From contig CAZDWN010000003.1 in the NCBI GenBank assembly GCA_964509365.1, positions 218,917 to 282,916 on the forward strand: a DNA stretch of 64,000 bases, written 5' to 3'. Shown piece after piece: positions 33,172 to 42,103 of this stretch. The stretch is from an uncultured Pseudomonadales bacterium (lineage in GTDB: Bacteria > Patescibacteriota > Microgenomatia > UBA1400 > UBA12028). A model generated the notes under the pieces. It made no database searches and had not been told where the DNA came from. It worked only from the letters and a program-made list of their open reading frames with translations. The first letter of the stretch is position 1; each line of letters starts with the position of its first letter. A program made the translations under genes and the position numbers.

Positions 33172-33960
33172 CTAGGCAATATCAGCAAACATCTTTTCAG
33201 TTCGTTTAAAAATAATAAATCCAAGAAGAAATACGGCGACCGAGATGCCCATTGACCAAAAAATAATGGTTGTCTCAAACGGGTAGCCAAAGATGCTACT
33301 GCGGTAGCCCTCAATGATTCCCACCATCGGATTGAGCTTGTAGAGCCAAACATATTTTGTCGGCACGAGCGAGAGTGGATAGACGATTGGAGTCATATAC
33401 ATCCAGATCATAAGTAGCAAGCTCGCGAGATACTGAATATCTCGATAAAACAAATTGAAGGTCGAAAGCATCAATGAAATACCAGTCGTCAACAAAATCT
33501 GAGATATAAAGATAGGGATAAAAAACACAATCGTCCATGACAGCGGAGTACGCAGAAGTAAGCTCAAGATCAGGAACAAGATCGCCGAGAATGCAAAATC
33601 CACAATTTTTGAAAGCACTGAAGCATACGGGATCACTTCTCTCGGGAAGTTCACTTTTTTGAGAAGTGATGCGTTCTCTACGAGGCTTTGTGTGGCTGAG
33701 CTAATAGATGTCTGAAACAGCGTCCACGGAAGCAATGCAGCATATAAGAAAATGATGTAGGGAATATTGTTCGTGGGAAATTTGAAGACAATTGAGAATA
33801 CAAACGAATACACGAGGAGTTGTGAGAGTGGGTTGAGCAGTACCCACGCATAGCCTACAAACGATTGTTTATATCTTGCCTTGATCTCGCGTTGCGTCAA
33901 CTGCAAGAGGAGAAATTTGTATGACCGAAATGGGAGGACGAGTTCTTTGATGATATTCAT
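33172..33960 (-). CDS. wzm: ABC-2 type exporter permease (Wzm-like)
   Basis: LLLQLTQREIKARYKQSFVGYAWVLLNPL signature and six TM segments. The start at Met30 (33960) gives an ATGA overlap with the upstream gene's stop (the ORF-track start is 34047). Confidence 0.75.
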   Translation of the reverse strand: MNIIKELVLPFRSYKFLLLQLTQREIKARYKQSFVGYAWVLLNPLSQLLVYSFVFSIVFKFPTNNIPYIIFLYAALLPWTLFQTSISSATQSLVENASLLKKVNFPREVIPYASVLSKIVDFAFSAILFLILSLLLRTPLSWTIVFFIPIFISQILLTTGISLMLSTFNLFYRDIQYLASLLLMIWMYMTPIVYPLSLVPTKYVWLYKLNPMVGIIEGYRSSIFGYPFETTIIFWSMGISVAVFLLGFIIFKRTEKMFADIA

Positions 33961-36023
33961 GGATTTCCTTTGGTGTGTCGCCACTTGCGTGCGACAACTG
34001 CCCACGAGCCAAGCGCACAACTCAGATTGACGATGAAGCCAATCCACAGTGCTCGCTGTGGCCTATCCCAGTAGTATAGGTTTTTTACCCACCAGAAATC
34101 AAATGTGCGTTCAGTGATCCGAGCTCGAAGGTACCAAAGTTTCCAATTGTCATTCATTTTGTTGCCGAAGTACTGGTAGGGAATTGGAGTCACTCGAGTC
34201 CCCCCTGTCGAGACATCCGGGTAATCCAGAGTCTCGAGATTGACTGTCTGATCATTTACTCGCATTTGACTGATGTATACCACTTGTGACGCTGATGACG
34301 TGGCTGGATAGTCGGCCAAGAGATCGATTCTATTTCTTCCAATCTTAGTATCTGATGGAGTAATCTCAATGGTCTGCTCTCCATTTCCCGAACTTGGGAT
34401 CGTAACGTGTCCGATGGGGTGATCATTCAGGCTGAGCGAGAGCATGGCTGAAGACGACGAGTACGGGAAGTCTTGAGCGTTGTAATACCGAAAGTACAGT
34501 GAACGAATGGGATCCTCAGGTCTCTGCTCAAGCGAGATGTGCCCTTCGCTCCGAAAGCCGCGATAGGGTCCCAGGCCAGTAAAGAGTGGAACTTCAAATC
34601 CGTCATAGAGCTTGACGTCATAGGCACCGTGATCCACCGTCCGTCTGAACTCCTTGACGCGATGGATGAATTCTTTGCTCATAATATATATCGGACTAAA
34701 GCGAGGAATGAAGCTGGCATAGTCGTACACACTGAGTTCATTCGAAGCGATTTGAATCGTGGTCGGTATATCTCGATATTGCAAGAGGTAGGGGATCGAC
34801 ACCGCGACTGCTTGTATCCAGATGCTGGCAATCAGAAGCGGCAAGCCAACCGCAAATAACTGAATTTTTGTCAATCTCCTGACACTCAAGCCGACGAGAA
34901 GCATCCCGAACGGAATCAGTGTACTGATATAGCGTGGACCCCAGTCCATGCCCCCATGCCAAATTGGTGCGAGGTCACCATTCACAAATGGAATGGCAGC
35001 GTTACTAAAGAAAAACACGTACAACCCGGCAAGCAACCCAAAGGCAAGATACTCAGGAAGCCACTCTTTTTTCAGTTTGTGCCAAAAGAGTACAGGGAGG
35101 AGAAGGAGTGGGGTATAGAGAAAGATGCTTTTCCCAGAACTGCCAAGAAATCCCCACATGCCTTCCAGAAAGACTTTGGGATGAATCTTCAAAAGCGGAA
35201 GATACTCGAGGACTGAGTGAAATTTTGCTATCAATCCGACTAAGAGGAGTACACTTCCAAATCGTATGTACGTCCTGCGTCGCTCTCGTGGCACGAGCAT
35301 CACAAAATAGAGAATGAGCGGCATGAGCGGAAGAAAATACGAGACGTTGTATGCAGTGAACACTCCGAAAAGGGATACAATGAATGCGATCAGATGACGT
35401 TTGTGATTTGTCTTCGCAAACCGACGAACACAGTAAAAACACGTGACCACACAAAGTGTAAACAGGATATGGGGGAAACTATGTTTGGCAAGAGGCAGGA
35501 GGTTGGTCGCAAATACGGTCAACAGCCCGACAGCGAGAGATAGTCGTTTCGAATTCAATTTTTTTTGTTCGCCTACTGGAAGTAGCTCAAGCATGTACGT
35601 TGTCACCACGACGACTATCAGTGAGGCATAGAATGCGTTGGTCATGCTCGCGAAGAAGTGAAGCGTCCAATCATGCTCAAGCGGAAAATGATTTGATGGG
35701 GGCGTGTGGAGCAGATGATGAGCGATGTCGGACAAGGCAACAGCGGGTACCATCGCAAGTGAGTATCCATACGCTCCGGTTGTCCTCCAAGAACCGTCTG
35801 GTCGTTGTGTGGTATTCATGTGCACGTTGAGGAGCGGATACTCGTTTGGTGCAGACTGAAATTGGTGAGTGTAGTACAGGTTTTTTGCAACCGAGAGGTA
35901 CAGCCACCCATCTTCTGATTCAATGACTCCAGAACACAACAGCACAAGAGTTGTCCAGCACGCAAAAAACAACGCAAGAAGAAATTTCCACGAAAAACGT
36001 TTTGAGGCTAGCGTTTTTGTCAT
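33957..36023 (-). CDS. large polytopic membrane protein, putative GT-C-fold glycosyltransferase
   Basis: 688 aa. The N-terminal half has more than 12 TM helices and an early acidic loop motif (VIESEDGWLYLSVAKNL). The C-terminal 300 aa form a soluble, presumably extracytoplasmic, domain. This architecture is typical of ArnT/PMT/YfhO-type enzymes. Confidence 0.45.
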   Translation of the reverse strand: MTKTLASKRFSWKFLLALFFACWTTLVLLCSGVIESEDGWLYLSVAKNLYYTHQFQSAPNEYPLLNVHMNTTQRPDGSWRTTGAYGYSLAMVPAVALSDIAHHLLHTPPSNHFPLEHDWTLHFFASMTNAFYASLIVVVVTTYMLELLPVGEQKKLNSKRLSLAVGLLTVFATNLLPLAKHSFPHILFTLCVVTCFYCVRRFAKTNHKRHLIAFIVSLFGVFTAYNVSYFLPLMPLILYFVMLVPRERRRTYIRFGSVLLLVGLIAKFHSVLEYLPLLKIHPKVFLEGMWGFLGSSGKSIFLYTPLLLLPVLFWHKLKKEWLPEYLAFGLLAGLYVFFFSNAAIPFVNGDLAPIWHGGMDWGPRYISTLIPFGMLLVGLSVRRLTKIQLFAVGLPLLIASIWIQAVAVSIPYLLQYRDIPTTIQIASNELSVYDYASFIPRFSPIYIMSKEFIHRVKEFRRTVDHGAYDVKLYDGFEVPLFTGLGPYRGFRSEGHISLEQRPEDPIRSLYFRYYNAQDFPYSSSSAMLSLSLNDHPIGHVTIPSSGNGEQTIEITPSDTKIGRNRIDLLADYPATSSASQVVYISQMRVNDQTVNLETLDYPDVSTGGTRVTPIPYQYFGNKMNDNWKLWYLRARITERTFDFWWVKNLYYWDRPQRALWIGFIVNLSCALGSWAVVARKWRHTKGNP

Positions 36024-36046
36024 AATGTATGATACTTCTGTCTCTT

Positions 36047-37471
36047 ATGGGACGAACGCCCTTTGTTTCTATCTTGATCGTTAACTACAACGGTAGACAT
36101 CTACTTGAAGAATGTTTATCCTCTGTTTTTGCCGTTAAATACCCAAAAAGTCAATATGAAGTTATTTTGGTTGACAATTGTTCGAGCGACGATTCGGTCA
36201 ATTTTGTCAAACAGACATTTCCGCTTGTCAGAATCATCACGAGTGAAATCAATCGAGGGTTCGCTGGAGGCAATGTGCTCGGACTGTGGTATACCAAAGG
36301 CGAGTATATTGTCTTGTTAAACAATGACACTCGTGTTGATGACCAGTGGCTCACCGAGCTCGTATCAGCTGCTGATGATCCCAACGTAGGTGTCGTCAAT
36401 TCAAAATTGTATTTCGCGACCCCATATCTTGATCTCACTATTCGGTCGACCGTGCTCCCTCGATCGGAAATTGTTGAGAACAACGACTATGCTCCGCATG
36501 GCGTTCTCATAGAAAATGTACTCTGCGATCGGACGCATCTGAATCCTCTCATATGGTACGGGAATGGATTTTATAAAGTGGCGAAAGGGGAAATTCCGCT
36601 CCGCTGGACGCGAGAAGAAGCGCACGTCCTGCTCCCATTTGAGCTCTCGGGCAACAGTAATATCTATAAATTTACCGTCCACGGCTATCCAGTCGATAAA
36701 CCACTCTCAGCGGACTTCTCCCTCTCTCTAGGGAACGAAACTATTTTGAAGGACTCGATCCTGTCGCATCAAGTGAAGGAATACATGCTCAATATTTCAC
36801 AGCTGCAAGCTGCCAAGCACCGCGAATGGCTCGTCCAAAATGCCGGTGACATCATCTTACGAGATGGAAGTGGGAAAGATCGCGGGTCTGTCGTCGTCAA
36901 AGAACCAGGCGTCTCTCTTGAGTTTTACGAACGAGATTGTGAACTGTACTCACAAAAGAGTAAGCTACTGGCGTTTTGCGGCGCAAGTTGTCTCATCAAA
37001 CGGAGCGTGATCGAGAAAGTGGGATTTTTTCACGAAGAGTATTTTATGTACTATGAAGATCTCGATTTGAGCCTACAGATATGGACCGCGGGCTGGGATA
37101 TAGTCTTTGCTCCGAAATCGATTGCATACCATAAACATCGAGCAACATCGCGTCTTCAGCGAGAGAATGCGACGATCTACCATCTCGAAAAAAACTACAT
37201 GGCCTTTGTATTGACCTACTTTCCTCTCAAGACGATTGTTATGCAGTACGCACGCATTTTTGTTCGTTTTGGGATCACCTATATAAAGAAGAGAGCCTTT
37301 GAGTTTAGTGATAATATCAAGAGATTGGAAGAATGGACGGAAAAATATCAGATGCGCAAAAACGCCATTGTATTCATTGTGAGGAATTTGCCAGCGTTAC
37401 TCAAGCGACGTCATTCAACTTTCCGAGATGCCAAACGTCAATTTGCTACCGGAAAAGATTTTCAGTATTAA
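36047..37471 (+). CDS. family 2 glycosyltransferase (large, rhamnosyl/galactofuranosyl-transferase-like)
   Basis: FVSILIVNYNGRHLLEECLSSV ... VILVDNCSSDDS ... LLNNDTRV ... YYEDLDLSLQIW. An alternative ATG lies at 36029. Confidence 0.75.
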   Translation: MGRTPFVSILIVNYNGRHLLEECLSSVFAVKYPKSQYEVILVDNCSSDDSVNFVKQTFPLVRIITSEINRGFAGGNVLGLWYTKGEYIVLLNNDTRVDDQWLTELVSAADDPNVGVVNSKLYFATPYLDLTIRSTVLPRSEIVENNDYAPHGVLIENVLCDRTHLNPLIWYGNGFYKVAKGEIPLRWTREEAHVLLPFELSGNSNIYKFTVHGYPVDKPLSADFSLSLGNETILKDSILSHQVKEYMLNISQLQAAKHREWLVQNAGDIILRDGSGKDRGSVVVKEPGVSLEFYERDCELYSQKSKLLAFCGASCLIKRSVIEKVGFFHEEYFMYYEDLDLSLQIWTAGWDIVFAPKSIAYHKHRATSRLQRENATIYHLEKNYMAFVLTYFPLKTIVMQYARIFVRFGITYIKKRAFEFSDNIKRLEEWTEKYQMRKNAIVFIVRNLPALLKRRHSTFRDAKRQFATGKDFQY

Positions 37472-37475
37472 GCGT

Positions 37476-39011
37476 ATGAAAAAAACTGCAGCAGTCTACG
37501 ATCGATGGCTTTATACACTTGGTGGAGGGGAACAAGTTGCGTTTGGATACGCGCAGATGCTTCGAGACAGTGGGTATGAGACTACAGTACTCACGCACAC
37601 CAGTATTGACATCAAAAAAGCAGAGGAAAAGCTGCGAGTGGATTTGAAAGGGATTGCAATCAAGTATCTGCCACCAATGACGACTTTGGAAGTCTCAAGA
37701 TACACTGAGCAATTTGACGTTTTCATCAATACTTCCTATTTGGATTATTTCCCCAATCGATCAAAACTGGGAATACTTTCAGTGTTCTTCCCAGGGAAAA
37801 TTTATTTGACCCCGTTTGAGTATGTCAAACGAGCATTTGTCTTGCCGTCGCTACGCAACTTCTTCATCTATCCGATCCACTACGAAGGATTTTTGTTTGA
37901 TGAGACGATCAAAGGTCGAATTTTTAAATGGATGAGTGAGCGCTCGAGTATTTACTTCAATGGCAATGTCTCATCGCTGGAATTTGTGTTGTATTTTCAG
38001 ACGCTCGCATTTTCGACACTGGAGCAAATCCGATTTTATCTTGGAGATACACAGATCTTCCCAAGCAATCATGTCCTCGAGCATACAAGAAATACGGTCG
38101 CATTTTATTTTGATCTTCAACGTACCAAGGGGAAGCGACTGACGATCGTCCTGCCAAATGATGAGTATTGCAGCAAGGTCGCATTGGTCAAGCTCACTAT
38201 TCGATCCTATCGGTACTCCATCTACAACGCATTTAAGAAACAATTTCCTAAGTGGGAAATGCGACTTCACGGTGGCCCTGGCGTGACCAAGCTCTCCGAT
38301 CTTCAATCGTACAATAAAATTATTACTATCTCGCAGTTTAGTCGCCAATGGATCCAAAACTACTGGGGACTCGATGCGACGATCCTGTATCCTTCGACAA
38401 ACACTTCAAGCTTTCAACCTGCAAAGAAGAAGAAAAATTGGATTATTCACGTCGGCAGATTCTTTGTCACCGGACATAGCAAAAAACAGCTCGATCTCGT
38501 GAATGTGTTCACCAAGATGCAACGGGATGGTAAGTTGCGTGATTGGGAGCTCCATTTCGTCGGGAGCGTGCATGAAGGGATCCAACACGAACGATATTTT
38601 GAACAAGTGAAACATCAAGCAGAAGGATTTCCGGTGATTTTTCATACCGATGTGACGTTCGAAAAACTTCAAGCGCTCTTAGCCACTTCGAAGATTTACT
38701 GGCACGCCACCGGACTCGATGAAAATGAAAAAGTGCAGCCAATTTTATTTGAGCACTTTGGAATTACCACTGTAGAAGCCATGGCATCCGGGTGCGTGCC
38801 AGTGGTCATCAATGCCGGTGGCCAAAAGGAAATAGTCACGCAAGAATCTGGCTTTCTGTGGAATACCAGACAAGAGCTAAGTCAAGCGACACAACAGTTG
38901 GCAGACAATCCGGACCTCTTGCTCACCTACTCTCAAGCAGCGAAGCAGCGAAGTGAATTCTTTGATCAGAAAAAAGGATTGAAGAGATTTCGCTCAATTC
39001 TGCTAGACTGA
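37476..39011 (+). CDS. GT4 family glycosyltransferase with long N-terminal domain
   Basis: C-terminal motif FEHFGITTVEAMASGCVPVVINAGGQKE. The first ATG after the upstream stop (37469-71) is at 37476. Confidence 0.75.
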   Translation: MKKTAAVYDRWLYTLGGGEQVAFGYAQMLRDSGYETTVLTHTSIDIKKAEEKLRVDLKGIAIKYLPPMTTLEVSRYTEQFDVFINTSYLDYFPNRSKLGILSVFFPGKIYLTPFEYVKRAFVLPSLRNFFIYPIHYEGFLFDETIKGRIFKWMSERSSIYFNGNVSSLEFVLYFQTLAFSTLEQIRFYLGDTQIFPSNHVLEHTRNTVAFYFDLQRTKGKRLTIVLPNDEYCSKVALVKLTIRSYRYSIYNAFKKQFPKWEMRLHGGPGVTKLSDLQSYNKIITISQFSRQWIQNYWGLDATILYPSTNTSSFQPAKKKKNWIIHVGRFFVTGHSKKQLDLVNVFTKMQRDGKLRDWELHFVGSVHEGIQHERYFEQVKHQAEGFPVIFHTDVTFEKLQALLATSKIYWHATGLDENEKVQPILFEHFGITTVEAMASGCVPVVINAGGQKEIVTQESGFLWNTRQELSQATQQLADNPDLLLTYSQAAKQRSEFFDQKKGLKRFRSILLD

Positions 39012-39017
39012 TAACTC

Positions 39018-40691
39018 ATGACTACTTGGCTCTCATCCATCCGTCGTGTCCTCCTCACTCACTGGATGTTCTTCAGTTTACTGGTGGTGCTGCTTCTATT
39101 GCTTGCGAAAAATCCCTTCTCAAGTCGTACAGTCATCCCCAATCTTGAACCCTTCCCTGATAGCTTCCACTACATTGTCCCAGCAATGAGTTTCTTGCAA
39201 GGTCATGGATTTGTCTTCGAGCGCGAAGGGAGGACGTTTCTTCCCAGCGTACCGCCACTTTACTCAATAGCTTTTGTGCCGTTTTTTGGACTCAATGCGG
39301 ATGTCCGAATGTTTTACTTTGCCAATGTCATCCTCGCGGTGGTGTCCTTCGGATTCTTCTATGCAACTGTCTGCCGTTTGTTTCGCAACAATGCAGTGAG
39401 AGTGTTTGTCTTGCTCTTGTATGTGACCAGTCCCATGCTCACTTGGTTTCCGACGTTGGCTATGGCAGAAAATCTCTTATTGACGATATTTTTGGTGGGT
39501 GTCTGGACGCTTGTGAGTGAAGCGACACCGAGACGTGCAGCGATTGCTGGCTTCGTGAGTGTCGCTTTCTACGCGACGAAATATGCGAGTCTGCCTCTTT
39601 CACTCATCTTTCCCATCATCTCCATAGTTAAACTTGCGATTGCAAGGAAACCGTTTCGGACACTCTGGATTCCATTCTTTGGCAGTTTCTTGTTGTCGGG
39701 AACGCTGGATCTTCTGTATGAATATTTTGCAAAAGGGAACAATGTCATTGGCGGACTCTTTTCATTGGCGATTGCAGTCGCATTTCCGCGTCCTGCACCC
39801 GATGGGACGGCCAGTGGCACTGGCGGTTTTTTCGGACTTCAATTTGTGAGTCAAAATCTTCATTCCTATCTTCACTGGCTTATTGGTGATCCGATCCAAG
39901 TACTTTGGGAGCAAGTTTCCATCCTCCCGAAACCATTAGCTATCGCCTCGCTGGCTGGATATCTCATGAGTTTTCGGACCTCCCGTTGGCGATTTGTCAG
40001 CGGCAGTTTGATCGCAATGACCGCTGCCGTCATCGGATTCATGTCTGTATTTTATGCATATGATGGACGCTACACATTCATTGCTATTCCGACACTTTTT
40101 TTCGGTTTTGGTTTTTTCTTGTCGTCAATTCTCTCGTTTTTTCCAAAACGAAAAAAAACTATCGCTGGCCTCATCTTCGTAGCTGCTCTCATTTTTCTCG
40201 GAACCCAGCTACGGTTCCTCAAAGCTCAAATTGGACTCAATCTGAAGTACTCGGAGACTCCATGGTATTACGTATCGATCCTGACTTTTGATCGGTACCT
40301 TCATGATCATTCTGCAGAGTACGACAGTACTCCGGTCATCATCTCGGCGTTACCTTCCTATTTGATCGACGCCTACGCTCAAGAAAAAATGGTCGTCTTG
40401 CCACTCGATCCGAGTCAGGAATTTCGATCTCGCCTCAAAGAAGCTTGGGGAGACTATGATTTTGAGCATCTTGATAGCGTGTACGAGCATTTCTTACAAA
40501 CAGGGCACAAGGTCTATCTCACCAAGTATGGCATTGGCAATGAGAAGCCTCTCCAACAATCATTCGAACGAGTGAACCGATCGTTTCATGCGATCAAAGT
40601 CTCCGATGGATGTTTTGATCAATGCACGATCTATGAATTGCAACTTCCACAAGCCAGCGGTTCGGCGATACCTATGCAGTCGCGACTATGA
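39018..40691 (+). CDS. polytopic membrane protein, putative GT-C glycosyltransferase
   Basis: 557 aa with about 12 TM helices and a C-terminal soluble segment. It is the first of three consecutive, translationally coupled membrane-protein genes (ATGA overlaps at 40688 and 42100). Confidence 0.4.
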   Translation: MTTWLSSIRRVLLTHWMFFSLLVVLLLLLAKNPFSSRTVIPNLEPFPDSFHYIVPAMSFLQGHGFVFEREGRTFLPSVPPLYSIAFVPFFGLNADVRMFYFANVILAVVSFGFFYATVCRLFRNNAVRVFVLLLYVTSPMLTWFPTLAMAENLLLTIFLVGVWTLVSEATPRRAAIAGFVSVAFYATKYASLPLSLIFPIISIVKLAIARKPFRTLWIPFFGSFLLSGTLDLLYEYFAKGNNVIGGLFSLAIAVAFPRPAPDGTASGTGGFFGLQFVSQNLHSYLHWLIGDPIQVLWEQVSILPKPLAIASLAGYLMSFRTSRWRFVSGSLIAMTAAVIGFMSVFYAYDGRYTFIAIPTLFFGFGFFLSSILSFFPKRKKTIAGLIFVAALIFLGTQLRFLKAQIGLNLKYSETPWYYVSILTFDRYLHDHSAEYDSTPVIISALPSYLIDAYAQEKMVVLPLDPSQEFRSRLKEAWGDYDFEHLDSVYEHFLQTGHKVYLTKYGIGNEKPLQQSFERVNRSFHAIKVSDGCFDQCTIYELQLPQASGSAIPMQSRL

Positions 40692-42103
40692 TCGTCCATT
40701 GGAGAAAATTACTATTCATCAGCATCTTGGCGGTCATTTTTTTTTGGACTCGGTTGTATCGTCTCGACAAAACTCTTGAATTTTTCGCCGACATGGGGAG
40801 GGATCACTACGTCTTGCTCAAAGCGATCCAGACAAAAAAGCCTCCGCTCCTTGGCCCAAGTACGAGCGCGCTTCCGATCAATCAAAGTCCCGTGTATTTT
40901 TATCTGAATTTCCCGCTATTCGTCTTGAGTGGCTATAGTGCGTATACGACAATTTGGACACTGCTCATGCTGTTTGTGTGTGCGTCTGGAATTGGATTGT
41001 ATGCCCTTCGCGATGAAAACGAAAAATTCTGGTTGTTTGCAAGTATTCTCTCGCTTCTCACCCTGCATCCAGAATTTGTGGCTCAAACTCGATATGCTTG
41101 GAATCCGACGTATACCGTCCCGTTTTTGCTGCTCGCAATCGCAAGTATACTTCTGGATTTTCGAACCAAGAAAATTACTTGGATGTTTTCTGCAAGTATA
41201 GCGATTGCAGTCGGCTGTTCATATTCGATTTTGCCAGCAGTCTCGCTGCTCCTACTTTTTGTGCACATTCGATACCCTCAAATCCGGAAGTTGCTTTGGA
41301 TATCTGTACTCTGTTGTGGCGCGGTCGTTTTCTTGCCTTTGGGTATCGTCGATCTCCGTACGCATGGACTGCTCAGTACAAACATCTTCGGCGCACTCGG
41401 ACAAACTCGCCTGACGACACCACTATGGGAAAAAGCTCAAGCGCTCCTCCACTATAGTATCGGAACACATCGAGATGATTTCTGGAGAACTGCAGTGAGC
41501 GTCATTATCCTCTTCCTGTCGCTGGGAAGTGCGCTGTCTCATCCCATCAAGTCCATTCGCGAGAAACAGCACATTCGATTCACCTTGCTGTTTGTGTTTG
41601 CATTTGTAGCGACAGTCCTCACTCCATTTTTGATGCAATCCCACTATATTTTTGGAGTTACGCTGCTTTTATTTGCATCAATCGTCACGATGAAAAAACC
41701 ATTGATGCTCGTAGGACTCGTGGTACTCATGCCGACTTGGTTCACATCGATTACAACGCAACTGCAAACCAGCAATTTACGTACTGTCACTCAATTAGAA
41801 GCGTGTGCGCAGATCGTCTGCCAATCGGAGCGCACTCCGATCTATGTCGCAGAGCAAGCGTGGCATTCGTACCACTTCGCGCCAGATCATCTCTTTTTCT
41901 TCAACAAACACGGATGCGACGCGCGAGATATTGCGCAAGATCCTGGATATGCGCAAACCATGGCACTCGTCGTCGATCAATCGACATATACTCATGGTCA
42001 AACTTCGTTTCACGAGTTGAGTCTTTTTGGTACATCAACTGTCCGGAAGACCTATTCGTGTCCTGGGAAAATTACAGTACTGATGCTGGAGCGGATGCCA
42101 TGA
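40688..42103 (+). CDS. polytopic membrane protein, ArnT/PMT-like GT-C candidate
   Basis: N-terminal TM helix followed by RLYRLDKTLEFFADMGRDHY (R...D loop as in PMT_2-type proteins). 471 aa. Confidence 0.45.
   Translation: MIVHWRKLLFISILAVIFFWTRLYRLDKTLEFFADMGRDHYVLLKAIQTKKPPLLGPSTSALPINQSPVYFYLNFPLFVLSGYSAYTTIWTLLMLFVCASGIGLYALRDENEKFWLFASILSLLTLHPEFVAQTRYAWNPTYTVPFLLLAIASILLDFRTKKITWMFSASIAIAVGCSYSILPAVSLLLLFVHIRYPQIRKLLWISVLCCGAVVFLPLGIVDLRTHGLLSTNIFGALGQTRLTTPLWEKAQALLHYSIGTHRDDFWRTAVSVIILFLSLGSALSHPIKSIREKQHIRFTLLFVFAFVATVLTPFLMQSHYIFGVTLLLFASIVTMKKPLMLVGLVVLMPTWFTSITTQLQTSNLRTVTQLEACAQIVCQSERTPIYVAEQAWHSYHFAPDHLFFFNKHGCDARDIAQDPGYAQTMALVVDQSTYTHGQTSFHELSLFGTSTVRKTYSCPGKITVLMLERMP

Noticed and set aside
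41737-42103. Long 5' extension of the 866-aa ORF overlapping the upstream membrane-protein gene by 366 bp
   Set aside because: An in-frame ATG at 42100 forms an ATGA overlap with the upstream stop and begins a typical N-terminal TM segment (MKKLVAFLTSLL). The extension is an ORF-finder artefact.
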